Positions 1 to 10,326 are shown, counted from the stretch's first letter. The stretch: 52,188 bases of DNA from Candidatus Curtissbacteria bacterium (GCA_038326365.1 JBBQJY010000001.1:78128-130315), one strand, 5' to 3'. The notes: a model not told the origin generated them from the sequence alone. Program-made: numbers and translations.

Positions 1-235
1 TTGTGAGAGTGGTCCAATCGATATTGCTCAGCTTTGATAATGTCCAGTAGGGAGCAAACCCAAAAACTTCCCGACGGCTTTGACTTGCGCTAACCGGCGG
101 AGCTAATTTGGAAAGAAGAGTTATTTTTACAATTTTTTGACCTAAAAAAAAGACCCCGATCAGAACGATCGTGGTCACAAGCCATAAAGTGGCTAATTTG
201 AATAATCTCCGCCGAAATAAAGACAGTCCCTGCAT
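1..235 (-). CDS. Partial (runs off window) membrane-anchored glycoside hydrolase family 18-like protein
   Basis: Not in the ORF track. Hand translation from ATG 235 gives MQGLSLFRRRLFKLATLWLVTTIVLIGVFFLGQKIVKITLLSKLAPPVSASQSRREVFGFAPYWTLSKLSNIDWTTLT. It has an N-terminal TM, then an EVFGFAPYW..ID...LT pattern resembling the first strand of a GH18 barrel. The catalytic DxDxE motif would lie outside the window. Confidence 0.6.
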   Translation of the reverse strand, partial: MQGLSLFRRRLFKLATLWLVTTIVLIGVFFLGQKIVKITLLSKLAPPVSASQSRREVFGFAPYWTLSKLSNIDWTTLT

Positions 236-283
236 TAGGTTTTCTTCCCAACAAAAAACTTGGTGAAAGCTGTGGGAGCGAGT

Positions 284-312
284 AGGGTAACAAGTGAAAA
301 AATGAATGTCAA
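284..312 (-). promoter_or_regulatory. Putative sigma70 promoter for the GH18-like gene
   Basis: Minus strand TTGACA (312-307), 17-nt spacer, TG-n-TACCCT (289-284). Confidence 0.4.
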
Positions 313-395
313 GGTAAAAATTAGCTTCGAAGAAAAGGACTTAGGCTAAGCTAATAGGAGAAATATAGAAAAGGGCCAGGATCTTGTTGCCAAAA

Positions 396-1814
396 TTAAA
401 TTTTGACAAGCAAGTATGAGTCTCCCGAGGCTCTGTCTATTTTATATTCCCCACTTTTTACCAAATCGATAAACTGTTTGGTTGCTAGTTCTCTGTTCTC
501 GCTGTAAAAGTTCCAGTTATCTTGCCCCTCGTGTAAATCAAACATTATATATTTGCTATGCCCCGTTTGTGGTAAAAGATAAATTTGTGTTCTGTGACCC
601 AGGTGGGGAAGCAGGTTGTTTTGAGCGGCAACGGATACATCTTGAGGAATTTGATTTAAAATAAGTTCGGTATCGTTCATCCACGGCTTATTTTTATAAA
701 AGTCACCCTTTGTTAAGTTTTTTAAGGGTACGTGCAAATATAAATTAGTACCAAGGTTAAAAATTAGAATACTTATAATTAGTAATTTTTCAAACCTTTG
801 TCCAAATTTTCTCAATAAAAATTTTGCTCCAAAAACACTGGAAATCGAAAACAAGACAGAGGTTTCCAAATTATATTGATAAAAGAGTGTCCATCTAATA
901 GGGTGCAGTTGATCCAAAAATCTTATCGCGAATAACCAAATAATGGCCGGAATAAAAATAACATCTGCTAAGGCCAAAAAACCAAAAGAAGAAAAGGTAA
1001 ACAAAATTGTTTTTAACTTTTCAATTGGTAAGAAGTAATTTTTTAAAATAAAAACTGGATTAAAAAAATATGAAAGCGCAGCTTTATCAAGCCCGTCGCC
1101 AGATTTTACGAAGCCGCCATAATTATTTTGCCCAAGGTGGGGCATAATTAAAAAAATTGCCGACAAACTCCACAATAAAGAAATAACAACTGAAACAAAC
1201 CCTACCCGCAGTTGCCTTCTATAGAGAAAAAAAGGTAGCAATGGCACAAACATCAATCCCACATATTCTCTTACGGATAAAAACAAAAGCAACATAATTA
1301 AATATTCTAGCCATCTCTTTTTTTCGAAGAAATAAAATAACCAAGCCAATAAAAAAGGTAAAAGAAATAATTCATGAAAATCATAAACATTGGGACTCTG
1401 GGTTCCCACGAAGTCTAAGTACAAAAAACTAATGACAATTGAAAGGCTAGGTGTCACATGTCTTTTTGAAAAAAGCCAAATCGGAAAAACAGTTGCAGAT
1501 AACATAACCGCCTGAAAAATCAATAAGATTTTTTCATCACCAGTAAACTTGTAAAGATAAGAAATCAAAATCATTATTGGGCGAAATCGATCAGCGAGGT
1601 CCAGCTTAGAAGTAACAGTCGAAAAAGGGGTTAAGTTTTTACTATAAAGCCATAAAGATTGATCATAGATAGTAAAATCGCTTCCTTGGCTTTGAAAATG
1701 AATATGCCTAAAGATGGAAAGTGTTGAGTACAAAGTGGAAAAAATTAAAAACAGCAAGACAACGAGCCAAAAACTAGAAGGAACTCTCAAAAATTTTCTG
1801 TCTAAAAAATTCAC
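396..1814 (-). CDS. DUF2079-like GT-C superfamily polytopic membrane protein
   Basis: 472 aa with many TMs. Motifs DFTIYDQSLW, DRFRPI, YDFHE and VREY resemble DUF2079; soluble C-terminal domain. Confidence 0.7.
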   Translation of the reverse strand: MNFLDRKFLRVPSSFWLVVLLFLIFSTLYSTLSIFRHIHFQSQGSDFTIYDQSLWLYSKNLTPFSTVTSKLDLADRFRPIMILISYLYKFTGDEKILLIFQAVMLSATVFPIWLFSKRHVTPSLSIVISFLYLDFVGTQSPNVYDFHELFLLPFLLAWLFYFFEKKRWLEYLIMLLLFLSVREYVGLMFVPLLPFFLYRRQLRVGFVSVVISLLWSLSAIFLIMPHLGQNNYGGFVKSGDGLDKAALSYFFNPVFILKNYFLPIEKLKTILFTFSSFGFLALADVIFIPAIIWLFAIRFLDQLHPIRWTLFYQYNLETSVLFSISSVFGAKFLLRKFGQRFEKLLIISILIFNLGTNLYLHVPLKNLTKGDFYKNKPWMNDTELILNQIPQDVSVAAQNNLLPHLGHRTQIYLLPQTGHSKYIMFDLHEGQDNWNFYSENRELATKQFIDLVKSGEYKIDRASGDSYLLVKI

Positions 1815-1841
1815 AACTAAATCGAAGAACTTCTGACTTTG

Positions 1842-3338
1842 TTACACTTTCTCAGTAACTCTATACTCCAAGTATTTTCCCAACATGAGTCTTGTGTGGG
1901 CGTCTATTCCCGGCAACGCCGTAAAAACGAATGTGATAACCGGCATTAAAATGAATTCAAAAGGCACTAAAGCTTTTTTTAACAGGGTTACTTTTTCTTC
2001 TCTCTTAGGCCTTTGTCTGATATCTATAAATAGAATAATCGCAAGAAATACCCAACAGCTGGTCAATATTCCGAAGGAAATCCTCGGCAAATTTTGACCC
2101 ATTACTGTTTGCGCAAAGACCGGGTTTAACAATACCGGTATGGTTGCGCCAAGGGTAATGACGAACCAGTTGACAGGCCAAAGAAAATGATCTTCGAGCG
2201 CTTTAACTACCCTAACTGTTCGTGTCCAAAAAGGTATATGAGTGTGTGTTAACCATTTTTTAATAAAATAAGCATCGTCAGAAACTCCCCAGGCCCATCG
2301 TTTTTCCTGTTCATAGAGATTAACAAGAGATTTAAAATAAGTTGTCGATTCTGCCGCATCTGCATACACGGGTAAGAAAATTGGCTGAACCTCCACATGT
2401 CCATCTTTTGCAAAAAACGTTTTGAAAAATATACGCCAATCCTCAGGTATTACATCCACATCCCAATATCCAACGTCATCTAGTAATTTCATAGAAGTAG
2501 AATAAATAGAATAATTAATAAGCCTATCTGATCGACTATTTAAAGCTGTCTGCCAGACACTCGAAAGGGAACTCATAACCCGAATAGGAGCTGGAACGCG
2601 CCAAATATTTGCGTAAAATAAAACTACTGGTTGCCAAAATAATAGATGTCGAGAGGCCTTGCTTATCAGGAAATTGTAAGTGAGACAAGATAGATATTTT
2701 TTGTTTAATATTCCATCGGCATCTTTTGATGTAACAGTTGTAAATGCCATATCAATTAAACCTGTGTCTACAAATTTTTTCTTGGCAACTTTGATAGCAT
2801 ACGCCTGGTTGGAAGATTTACCCTTAACCTCGCGAGCAATATCAGGATGGTATGTCACCAGAAAGTTAGCAAAAGCACCTTTGTATTTTTTGGTGAGATA
2901 ATCTGCTTTTTCTTGCGCCTCAGCACCTTCTCGTGCCTCCAAAGCTAGGCAGACAGAAATTTGCTTTTTGCCAAGATCCTGATTTTCTATAGACTCGATC
3001 CCGCGTTCCAGAGTGTGCAAAGGTTCCTTGTACGAGGGGATAATTATTAAGTGGTGAACTCGCTTAAAATCATCCTGTTGTTTGGCGTCAGTAAGCCAGT
3101 CATAATTCTCTGAAGCCTTAAGCTTTAAGTGGGACACGATGGCCGTTGCAGCTAGAGTTGCCGATTTGTAGAACCAAAAAATGTCAAAAAGAATTATGTA
3201 ATACGCAACGTAGTGAGGTACCCAGAAAGAGCCCCAAAATGGAAAAAGAATTAAAGTCCATGAGCAAGTACCTGGCAAAATTTCCAGAAATCTATGTATC
3301 TGCTTGTCGTATTTTTCAACAAAATGCTTCATCGTCAT
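1842..3338 (-). CDS. Membrane-bound glycosyltransferase family 2
   Basis: IIPSYKE, KGKSSN, DAD, PED and QEKRW (D,D,D,QxxRW-type) motifs; TMs at both N- and C-termini. Confidence 0.85.
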   Translation of the reverse strand: MTMKHFVEKYDKQIHRFLEILPGTCSWTLILFPFWGSFWVPHYVAYYIILFDIFWFYKSATLAATAIVSHLKLKASENYDWLTDAKQQDDFKRVHHLIIIPSYKEPLHTLERGIESIENQDLGKKQISVCLALEAREGAEAQEKADYLTKKYKGAFANFLVTYHPDIAREVKGKSSNQAYAIKVAKKKFVDTGLIDMAFTTVTSKDADGILNKKYLSCLTYNFLISKASRHLLFWQPVVLFYANIWRVPAPIRVMSSLSSVWQTALNSRSDRLINYSIYSTSMKLLDDVGYWDVDVIPEDWRIFFKTFFAKDGHVEVQPIFLPVYADAAESTTYFKSLVNLYEQEKRWAWGVSDDAYFIKKWLTHTHIPFWTRTVRVVKALEDHFLWPVNWFVITLGATIPVLLNPVFAQTVMGQNLPRISFGILTSCWVFLAIILFIDIRQRPKREEKVTLLKKALVPFEFILMPVITFVFTALPGIDAHTRLMLGKYLEYRVTEKV

Positions 3339-3365
3339 AATAACTATAGGTTTAAAAAGTAAATT

Positions 3366-4178
3366 CTACCATAACTTAAATAATTTTTCCGCATTGTTGG
3401 AGGTTTGCACACAAAAGTCTTCATACGAAACACTACGAAGGTTCGATAGGAAATCTGCTGTAATCTTAACATTCGCAGGTTCATTTTTCTGCCCCCGAAA
3501 TGGCTCTGGCGTCAAATATGGTGAATCAGTTTCAACTAAGATTTTATCTATTGATAATTCCGCCGCAGCTGCCTGAATATCCTTCGCATTTTTAAAAGAC
3601 ACAATTCCCGAAAAGGAAACCAAGAAACCAAGCGCAGCAGCAACTTGCGCATCAGCGGAGTTACCCGTAAAAGAATGAAAAACGACACCATTTCTTAACT
3701 TCCATCCGCTAGCCAGTAAACTAAAAATTTCGTCCCATGCTTTCCTGCAGTGAACAACTAGAGGCAACTTTAATTTTTCTGATAATGTAATTTGTGCGCC
3801 AAAAAGTTTTCGCTGTAGAAGCTTCTCCGCCTTAGTTGTTTCTTTTTGGCGGCCACCTGCCTCAAAGTAATCAAGGCCACATTCTCCAATTGCGACAACT
3901 TTTTTGCTAGATTGAGCAATTTTATCGATTGCGCCCACTACTTTTTGCACTCCAAGTTCTTCGACCTCACTTTTGCCATCGAATGGATGAACACCGACAG
4001 CTGCAAAAATAGCGATGTCACCAGAAGTATATTTTTCGGCAATTTCGACCGCTTTTTGACTAGATTCTATGCTCGTGCCGATTGTAATAATTTTGCCCAC
4101 CCCCGCTTGTTTAGCACGAACAAGCACCTCTCCCAAATTTTCTAAAATATCCAGATGGGCATGCGTGTCAACGAGCAT
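3366..4178 (-). CDS. tatD: TatD family DNase
   Basis: DTHAHL, GVHP, AIGECGLDY, VHCR, FHSF and ETDSPYL motifs. Confidence 0.95.
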   Translation of the reverse strand: MLVDTHAHLDILENLGEVLVRAKQAGVGKIITIGTSIESSQKAVEIAEKYTSGDIAIFAAVGVHPFDGKSEVEELGVQKVVGAIDKIAQSSKKVVAIGECGLDYFEAGGRQKETTKAEKLLQRKLFGAQITLSEKLKLPLVVHCRKAWDEIFSLLASGWKLRNGVVFHSFTGNSADAQVAAALGFLVSFSGIVSFKNAKDIQAAAAELSIDKILVETDSPYLTPEPFRGQKNEPANVKITADFLSNLRSVSYEDFCVQTSNNAEKLFKLW

Positions 4179-5594
4179 TTATATTCGAGGAAATAGAGGT
4201 TTTTGCGCTTCAATCTTTCCGGTAAATTGTTCAATAATTTTGCTAGATATTTCCGGTAGAAAAGGAGATAAGTTAAAGGCTATTTCTCGAACTCTCTGAG
4301 CCATAGGGGAAATAGACTTTTTAAGCGCCAACCCTTCCAGCTCCCATGGCTTATCTTTGTTTATTTTTTTATCCAAAACAGATATCTCATCCCAAATCGC
4401 AGATATTGCCAAATCAAATCGATAATTTTTGATTTGTTGACTGACCTTCGTACTAAATTTATATTTTTTCTCTGGTAGTTTGAGCTCTATATCAGATGCA
4501 AGCCTAGCAACTCGTGCCACCAAATTCCCAAGACCATTTGCCAACTCGCCATTATAAAGTTCCTTGAGCCGGCTTTCAGAAAAATCTCCATCTCCCCAAG
4601 CCGGAATTTCTCGTAGGAGATAGTACCTAATGACATCACTCCCATATTTATTCACCAAATCGATTGGATCAATCACATTGCCCAGCGTCTTTGAAATCTT
4701 TTGTCCTTCAACCGTTATATATCCATGGATAAACTCTTCGGTCGGCTGTGCCAGACCCGCCGAGGCCAGCATCGCAATCCAATAAACAGCATGAAACCGG
4801 ATAATACCCTTCCCTATTATATGTATTTTGTTTGCATTCTCTTCCCAAAACTTCTTATACAAATTCCCATTGGGGAATCCCAGAGCAGTTAAGTATGTAA
4901 CCAGTGCATCGAACCAAACATACATCACTTGGGATTCGTCTCCTGGCACGGGGACACCCCAACCGCGTGCACGCTCGCGCGATCTGGATATCGAAAAATC
5001 CTTAAGCCCGCCTTTTATAAAAGAGAGCACCTCATTTTTCCTACTTTGTGGAACGATCTTTAGTTTGTCACTACCTATCAAATCTTCCAAAAACTTTTGA
5101 TAATTAGAAAGCTTAAAGAAATAATTCTCTTCTTCAACAACTTCGGGAATCAACCCGTGCTCGGGATCTTTTCCATCGATTAATTCACTTTCTGTATAAA
5201 ACTGCTCGCATGCCACGCAATAAAGCCCTCGGTATTTTTTCTTGTAAATATCCTCAGGTTTGCAAAGTTCCCAAACTTTCTGCGCGCCGCGAAAATGAGC
5301 TTCGGTAGAAGTTCTATTAAAAACGTCAAAAGTTAAATTAAGAGGTGCTTCGAGATCTAGAAAAGCCTTCGAGTATTTATCAACTAATTTTTGAACTGGC
5401 AGCCCTTCCCGCTCCGCAGCCTGAACGTTTTTCAGGGAGTTCTCGTCAGCTCCCCATGACCAGAAAGTCTCGTATTCGCTTGCCCGCCAGAATCTTGCCA
5501 GCGCATCACTTTCTACAAGCTCGAGAGCATGACCCACGTGTGGCGCTGCGTTTACATACGGAATAGCTGTAATGATATAAATTTTCTTATTCAT
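4179..5594 (-). CDS. metG: Methionine--tRNA ligase, short form without the C-terminal tRNA-binding domain
   Basis: ITAIPYVNAAPHVGH (HIGH), YVWFDAL, GKGIIRFHAVYW and KISKT (KMSKS). ATG 5594 preferred over GTG 5600 because TATAAT lies 8 nt upstream. Confidence 0.95.
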   Translation of the reverse strand: MNKKIYIITAIPYVNAAPHVGHALELVESDALARFWRASEYETFWSWGADENSLKNVQAAEREGLPVQKLVDKYSKAFLDLEAPLNLTFDVFNRTSTEAHFRGAQKVWELCKPEDIYKKKYRGLYCVACEQFYTESELIDGKDPEHGLIPEVVEEENYFFKLSNYQKFLEDLIGSDKLKIVPQSRKNEVLSFIKGGLKDFSISRSRERARGWGVPVPGDESQVMYVWFDALVTYLTALGFPNGNLYKKFWEENANKIHIIGKGIIRFHAVYWIAMLASAGLAQPTEEFIHGYITVEGQKISKTLGNVIDPIDLVNKYGSDVIRYYLLREIPAWGDGDFSESRLKELYNGELANGLGNLVARVARLASDIELKLPEKKYKFSTKVSQQIKNYRFDLAISAIWDEISVLDKKINKDKPWELEGLALKKSISPMAQRVREIAFNLSPFLPEISSKIIEQFTGKIEAQKPLFPRI

Positions 5595-5701
5595 GGTCAC
5601 GAATTATAGAGAATCACCAAGTACAAATCCATCATCCACCATCACGAACCTAAAATACAATCGTTTTTGACTCTTCAAGTTGGAAGTGAAATGATTAAGT
5701 T

Positions 5702-6298
5702 ATGCCTGCCAAGAAATATGGTTTTTCCCCACAGTTGGTCATTTTTTTAGCCGTTGTCGTTGGGTCAGTCGTACTCGCTTTAAAGTATTTTCTAATGTCT
5801 AAGTATGTCACCAAAACTTATCAGGCCAATCAAAGCCCAATTTGGAAAACTTACACTAACACAAATTTGGGGTTTTCCTTAAATTATCCGCCGGATGTGG
5901 TAACAGACTTTGTATCATTCACAGCAGATGCTGGCGGTCAAAACATTCTCGGCATCAAAGGCCCCGGCTATATTGAAGGGTCAGATTTTATCAGCGGCAT
6001 GTCCATTTATGCCAAAGGAGCTGCAGGAGCCGATATTCAAAGTGCGGCAATTGTCGATCAGAAGCCGATAAAAGACAATTGGAGCCATCAATCACCCAAT
6101 ATTATGTGCAAAATTTCTCAAACCGCTATAAATAACATCACCGCAGTCTCTCAAGACTGCCAAATACCTGAGAACATACTTTACGTAAAGAACCAGAATA
6201 ATGGAAAAATAATAAGATTAACGACGGTGTCTGCTCCCGCAAGCTATTATCAAGGCGAAATTGATCAAATTCTGGCAACATTTAAATTTTCAAATTAG
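5702..6298 (+). CDS. Exported, N-anchored PsbP-like hypothetical protein
   Basis: N-terminal KKYGF plus TM; WKTYTNTNLGFSLNYP; C-terminal DQILATFKF. Confidence 0.65.
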   Translation: MPAKKYGFSPQLVIFLAVVVGSVVLALKYFLMSKYVTKTYQANQSPIWKTYTNTNLGFSLNYPPDVVTDFVSFTADAGGQNILGIKGPGYIEGSDFISGMSIYAKGAAGADIQSAAIVDQKPIKDNWSHQSPNIMCKISQTAINNITAVSQDCQIPENILYVKNQNNGKIIRLTTVSAPASYYQGEIDQILATFKFSN

Positions 6299-6923
6299 AT
6301 GAGAAAAGGCTTTTATCACCCCACCGCAATTATCATACTTGCCCTGATCATGCTCTCTTTTGCCGCACTTTTTTTCCTCAATACAGAGTTCTTTATAAAA
6401 AAAACAAAGCCATCTCCAACCCCAACTACTTTAATAAGTCCATCGTCATCGCCTCAAAAACCTCCCAGAGACGAAACTGTAAATTAGAAGATATATCAAG
6501 GAAAGGAATTTGTTTTTAAATATCCCAATAATTGGGTTGTCGACGATAGTGACCCAAAAGTGATTGCCGCAAACGACAAGTCACGAAAAGCGCAGGAAAC
6601 AAGCGCAGACACTATTATCATTTATACAACTAATAACCCTAATAATTTGTCTATTGAACAAGCACTAGACTCTCAAGACCCAAAGGACGATATTTGTTGC
6701 ATAGATAGGTATCCATCGGGAAATTCTTATGTAAAAACTGAGATGATTACTGTTTCTAATTTGCCTGCCGTAAAGCATACAAGATTATTTGATAGCGTTG
6801 TAGATGTTTATATTCGTAAGTCGGGCAAAATATACGTTATCCAAAAAAAACAACGGAGAAAATGACTTTAGCAATATTTATAGTCAGATCCTCTCGACGT
6901 TTAAATTCTTAAAATTAGTATAA
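6299..6923 (+). pseudogene. Disrupted paralog of the upstream PsbP-like gene (nonsense plus frameshift)
   Basis: ORFs 6299-6487 and 6560-6865 share a frame, separated by TAG 6485-6487 in DETVN*KIYQGKEFVFKYP where Trp is expected. Removing one A from the A8 run at 6843-6850 restores the ending NNGENDFSNIYSQILSTFKFLKLV* (TAA 6921-6923). Confidence 0.8.
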
Positions 6924-6962
6924 GTTTTCAATAAGCGCTAAACGTACAGCTTAGTGTCTAAA

Positions 6963-9368
6963 TTAGAAATGGACATTATAGATTTGATTATTATTCTGTC
7001 CACCGTTGTTTGTAATTGTCGTTTGGACGGGCGGTTGAGCATTTGGTGATGGTGACGGATTAGGAGAAGGTTGAACTTGCGGACAACTAACACAATAATC
7101 CCGCTTACTAAAAGCGTCATTAACAATAACCTCTTCACGCTCCTCGGCATTTGGTGAGCCGGGCGTAACCACCTGCCCTGTCGTTTTATCAACCCAAACA
7201 CGAGCCTTGGTGAATGTATCCTTCTTTGGTTCGGTTCCGGCAATGAAATATTCCACCCGGTTACTGCACGCATCGTTTTTTTGGCCGCCAGTAGTGGAAC
7301 AAATAGCGACTGCCGAAATCCCTGTCGGGGTTTTAAAGCTTTCATTGACCTTATCGTGCAAAACTTCTGTTATTATTTGATTCCAAATTGGTGTCGCTCC
7401 GGTGACACCCGAAGTTATGGCGGGATTCATCGGCTTGTTATCGTTATTTCCGACCCAAGTTGCAACCAGATAATTGGGCGTGTAACCAATCGTCCAGTTG
7501 TCGCGTTTGTCGTCGGTAGTTCCCGTTTTAACTGCCACAGTTTTGCCCTTAACAACTAGCTGGCTGGCTGGCCCAAAAGCCATTGAGCGGGCGCCATTGT
7601 CCGACAAAATCGAAGAAATCAAATAAGAAGCCTGCGGAGATAAAACCTTTTTGCCAGGGTGATCTTTTAGCTCTTCAAGTACACGGCCATGGCCGTCTTC
7701 TACCTTCAAAACGGGATTCAAATCGACCCGTTCTCCACTATTTGCAAAAACCCCGAAAGCTGTAGCCATATCTACCATTTTGACCTCCGCTCCTCCTAAA
7801 GTGAGCGAAAGTCCATAGCGAGAAGGGTCGACAAAAGTCGTTATGCCCATGTCGGTAGATTGCTTAATCATCGCGTCTAGGCCGTTTAGTGCAAGTACCT
7901 TAACTGCAGGAATATTAAAAGAATTACCCAAAGCATTTCTAACAGATACGGCTCCATGGAAACGCCCGTCATAATTTACTGGGTGATAAGGAGGTATTCC
8001 ACCAAATGTTGTTGGCACATCCAGAATAATGGTTGCCGGGGTAATAAGTTTGTGCTCAAGAGCCGTAGCATAATTGATGGGTTTGATAGAAGACCCCGGT
8101 TGTCTGGGGGAAATAGTCACGTTAACATTGCCATCATGTTCTGTATCGAAAAAATCTCGAGATCCGACCATTGCCAGGATCTCGCCGGTTTTTGGCTTAG
8201 TCACAACAGCGGCACCGTTGCCAACATTAAATGATTTTAACTTATCAATGTTATCTGTCACTATTTTCTGTACTTTTTCCTGTAGATTAAGATCCAGCGT
8301 CGTTGTTACCTTAAGGCCTCCTTGTGCGGCGTAAGTTTCACCATATTTATCGGCCAAATATTGGCGCACAAACATTACAAAATGTGGTGCACGGATATTC
8401 ACAAGCGCGCTCTTATAAACAAGCTGTTCGGCCAAAGCTTTTTCTGCCTCCTCACGTTTTATATATCCGTCTTGAACCATCCTGTTCAAAACCTGCTTTT
8501 GTCGCGCCTTTGCCCGAGTTGGGTCTCCAAAAGGTGAATAGTAACTGGGTGCCTGAGGTAAACCGGCAAGAAGAGCAGACTCAGCAAGATCTAAATCTTT
8601 AACGTTTTTGCCAAAATATTGCTCAGCTGCTGCCTCAACTCCAAATGCTGTCCCGCCATAGGGTACTTGGTTTAAGTACATTTCAAGTATTTTGTCTTTT
8701 GGAAATGCCATCTCCACCCGAAAAGCCAGGTAAAGTTCTTTCGCTTTTCTTGAAACTGTCCGCTCAGGGCTGAGAAAGACACCTTTGACAAGCTGTTGAG
8801 TAATGGTTGAACCTCCCTGAACTTCTTGCCCAAAAACCGTCTTACTGAAAGCTCTTAGGATACCGTAAATATCAAATCCCTTGTGTTTGTAAAAATCTTT
8901 ATCCTCTATAGCAATTGTGGCGTGTTTTAGGTTGTCGCCAATCTCAGAAAGGGGAACTAGAGTCCTGTTTTCATTTGTGTAGACATTAAAAAGAAGTTGA
9001 TTATTCCTGTCGTAAATCTTAGTTGTTTGCGCCAAAGACCTATTGTCTAAGAACTTAGGACTAGGCAGATCTTTCGTAAAGAACCAAATTGCAACCAAAC
9101 CCAAGAAAATTGTTAATAACCCTACCTTAAAGCTGCGCTCTTGGCGAATTATAGAGTGACTCATCACGTGTCTAATTCCCCGCACTGGAGCAGTTTTCAG
9201 AAGATCCAAATTTACCTTTTTGAAAATTGCAAAAATAGCTTTAAAAAATTGTTTGAAAGACCAAATTGTAACGTCACCGATGAAGGAGACCAGCCGAATA
9301 AACCAGGTCAAAATACCTATAAAAAATCCAAGTATTTTAAGCGGTATTTTTAAAATCGTCTTTCCCAT
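6963..9368 (-). CDS. Class A penicillin-binding protein (transglycosylase/transpeptidase, PBP1A-like)
   Basis: GT51 motifs EDKDFYKHKG, GGSTITQQLVK, RKAKE and YLNQVPYG; transpeptidase motifs SSIK, SFN and KTGT. Confidence 0.95.
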   Translation of the reverse strand: MGKTILKIPLKILGFFIGILTWFIRLVSFIGDVTIWSFKQFFKAIFAIFKKVNLDLLKTAPVRGIRHVMSHSIIRQERSFKVGLLTIFLGLVAIWFFTKDLPSPKFLDNRSLAQTTKIYDRNNQLLFNVYTNENRTLVPLSEIGDNLKHATIAIEDKDFYKHKGFDIYGILRAFSKTVFGQEVQGGSTITQQLVKGVFLSPERTVSRKAKELYLAFRVEMAFPKDKILEMYLNQVPYGGTAFGVEAAAEQYFGKNVKDLDLAESALLAGLPQAPSYYSPFGDPTRAKARQKQVLNRMVQDGYIKREEAEKALAEQLVYKSALVNIRAPHFVMFVRQYLADKYGETYAAQGGLKVTTTLDLNLQEKVQKIVTDNIDKLKSFNVGNGAAVVTKPKTGEILAMVGSRDFFDTEHDGNVNVTISPRQPGSSIKPINYATALEHKLITPATIILDVPTTFGGIPPYHPVNYDGRFHGAVSVRNALGNSFNIPAVKVLALNGLDAMIKQSTDMGITTFVDPSRYGLSLTLGGAEVKMVDMATAFGVFANSGERVDLNPVLKVEDGHGRVLEELKDHPGKKVLSPQASYLISSILSDNGARSMAFGPASQLVVKGKTVAVKTGTTDDKRDNWTIGYTPNYLVATWVGNNDNKPMNPAITSGVTGATPIWNQIITEVLHDKVNESFKTPTGISAVAICSTTGGQKNDACSNRVEYFIAGTEPKKDTFTKARVWVDKTTGQVVTPGSPNAEEREEVIVNDAFSKRDYCVSCPQVQPSPNPSPSPNAQPPVQTTITNNGGQNNNQIYNVHF

Positions 9369-9468
9369 TTATATAATTTTGGAGTTGATTCGGTAGGTTT
9401 GTTTTAATTCGTATTCTAACCGAAAAAAATTTCAAATAATAGGGGTATTGAGAGTATAATTATGAAAT

Positions 9469-9942
9469 ATGGCAGATGGCGAAAAACGCGGACCAATAGA
9501 AAAAGGCGATAAGGGGTGGCCGGTAAATCCGGTTGGAGTAGTAGCGTTGACAATCTTTGCCATTGTTGTCGTATTCTTCATTGTTAGACCTTTTCTTTCT
9601 CGAAGAACGCCTACGATCAACGAACAGATAGTCAGCAAAGGCGGCCATATCGTGGTGCCCCAAGCCGGAGAAATAATAAAAAGCGACAGCCTCACAATTG
9701 AGCTCTCAGCAGATGAACCTCAAAACATAGACAAAGTTCAGTTTTGGGTTAAAACTTACGCCGATGGCAAATGGAATATGGTTGGAGAACTGACCCAATC
9801 CCCATACAAACTAGATTGGAAAATACCTGCCGAATACAAGAATAAGGCAATTGCTATTACAACTCACATAATTACCAAAGACGCCAAGGACATCAAAGAC
9901 CCTGGTGGCTGGCGCGAGGGCGTAATACTTTTGAACCAATAA
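9469..9942 (+). CDS. Membrane-anchored Ig-like domain protein
   Basis: Single TM, then IDKVQFW...SPYKLDW, typical of bacterial Ig-like folds. Confidence 0.6.
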   Translation: MADGEKRGPIEKGDKGWPVNPVGVVALTIFAIVVVFFIVRPFLSRRTPTINEQIVSKGGHIVVPQAGEIIKSDSLTIELSADEPQNIDKVQFWVKTYADGKWNMVGELTQSPYKLDWKIPAEYKNKAIAITTHIITKDAKDIKDPGGWREGVILLNQ

Positions 9943-10320
9943 TTACTCTTCTAGTTTTTTACCAAGCAGGCTATAAAGCGCAAATAACGATACCGCCAAA
10001 AATCCTAAAAACGCGTTAAAGCCGCTCAGCAGCTTTAAGATATCCAATATTAAAATGATTGTGGCAAAAATAGCCACAAAAAAGGCTATTTTAAAAGAAT
10101 TCTTTAAATAAGAATCCCGGCTATATCTTTTTAAAAAAAACGTTCTGGCATAAAAAATAAGAGTTCCCAAAAATCCAAAAATGGCCAAGAAGAACAAAAC
10201 GACAAAAATGGCAAAAAAATGCCATGTAGCAACGTTTGGGTCAACATCAAAAACTATCCAAACAATGCCAAAAAATGAAAGAGCAGAAATTAAAAAAAAC
10301 AGGGGCAAATATTTGGCCAT
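9943..10320 (-). CDS. Hypothetical 4-TM membrane protein
   Basis: Four hydrophobic segments; ATG 10320 has a TATCAT -10 box 6 nt upstream. Confidence 0.7.
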   Translation of the reverse strand: MAKYLPLFFLISALSFFGIVWIVFDVDPNVATWHFFAIFVVLFFLAIFGFLGTLIFYARTFFLKRYSRDSYLKNSFKIAFFVAIFATIILILDILKLLSGFNAFLGFLAVSLFALYSLLGKKLEE

Positions 10321-10326
10321 AGTCTT

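Noticed and set aside
90-293. 67-aa minus-strand ORF from the track
   Set aside because: It overlaps, in another frame, the more protein-like GH18-type ORF starting at 235.
6485-6487. Possible stop-codon reassignment (TAG read-through)
   Set aside because: TAG, TGA and TAA all end conserved genes at expected positions, and the same gene has a second lesion.
7030-7075. PSPNPSPSPN and nearby Pro/Ser/Thr repeats (also 6410-6455)
   Set aside because: Ordinary low-complexity protein linkers, not a DNA repeat array.
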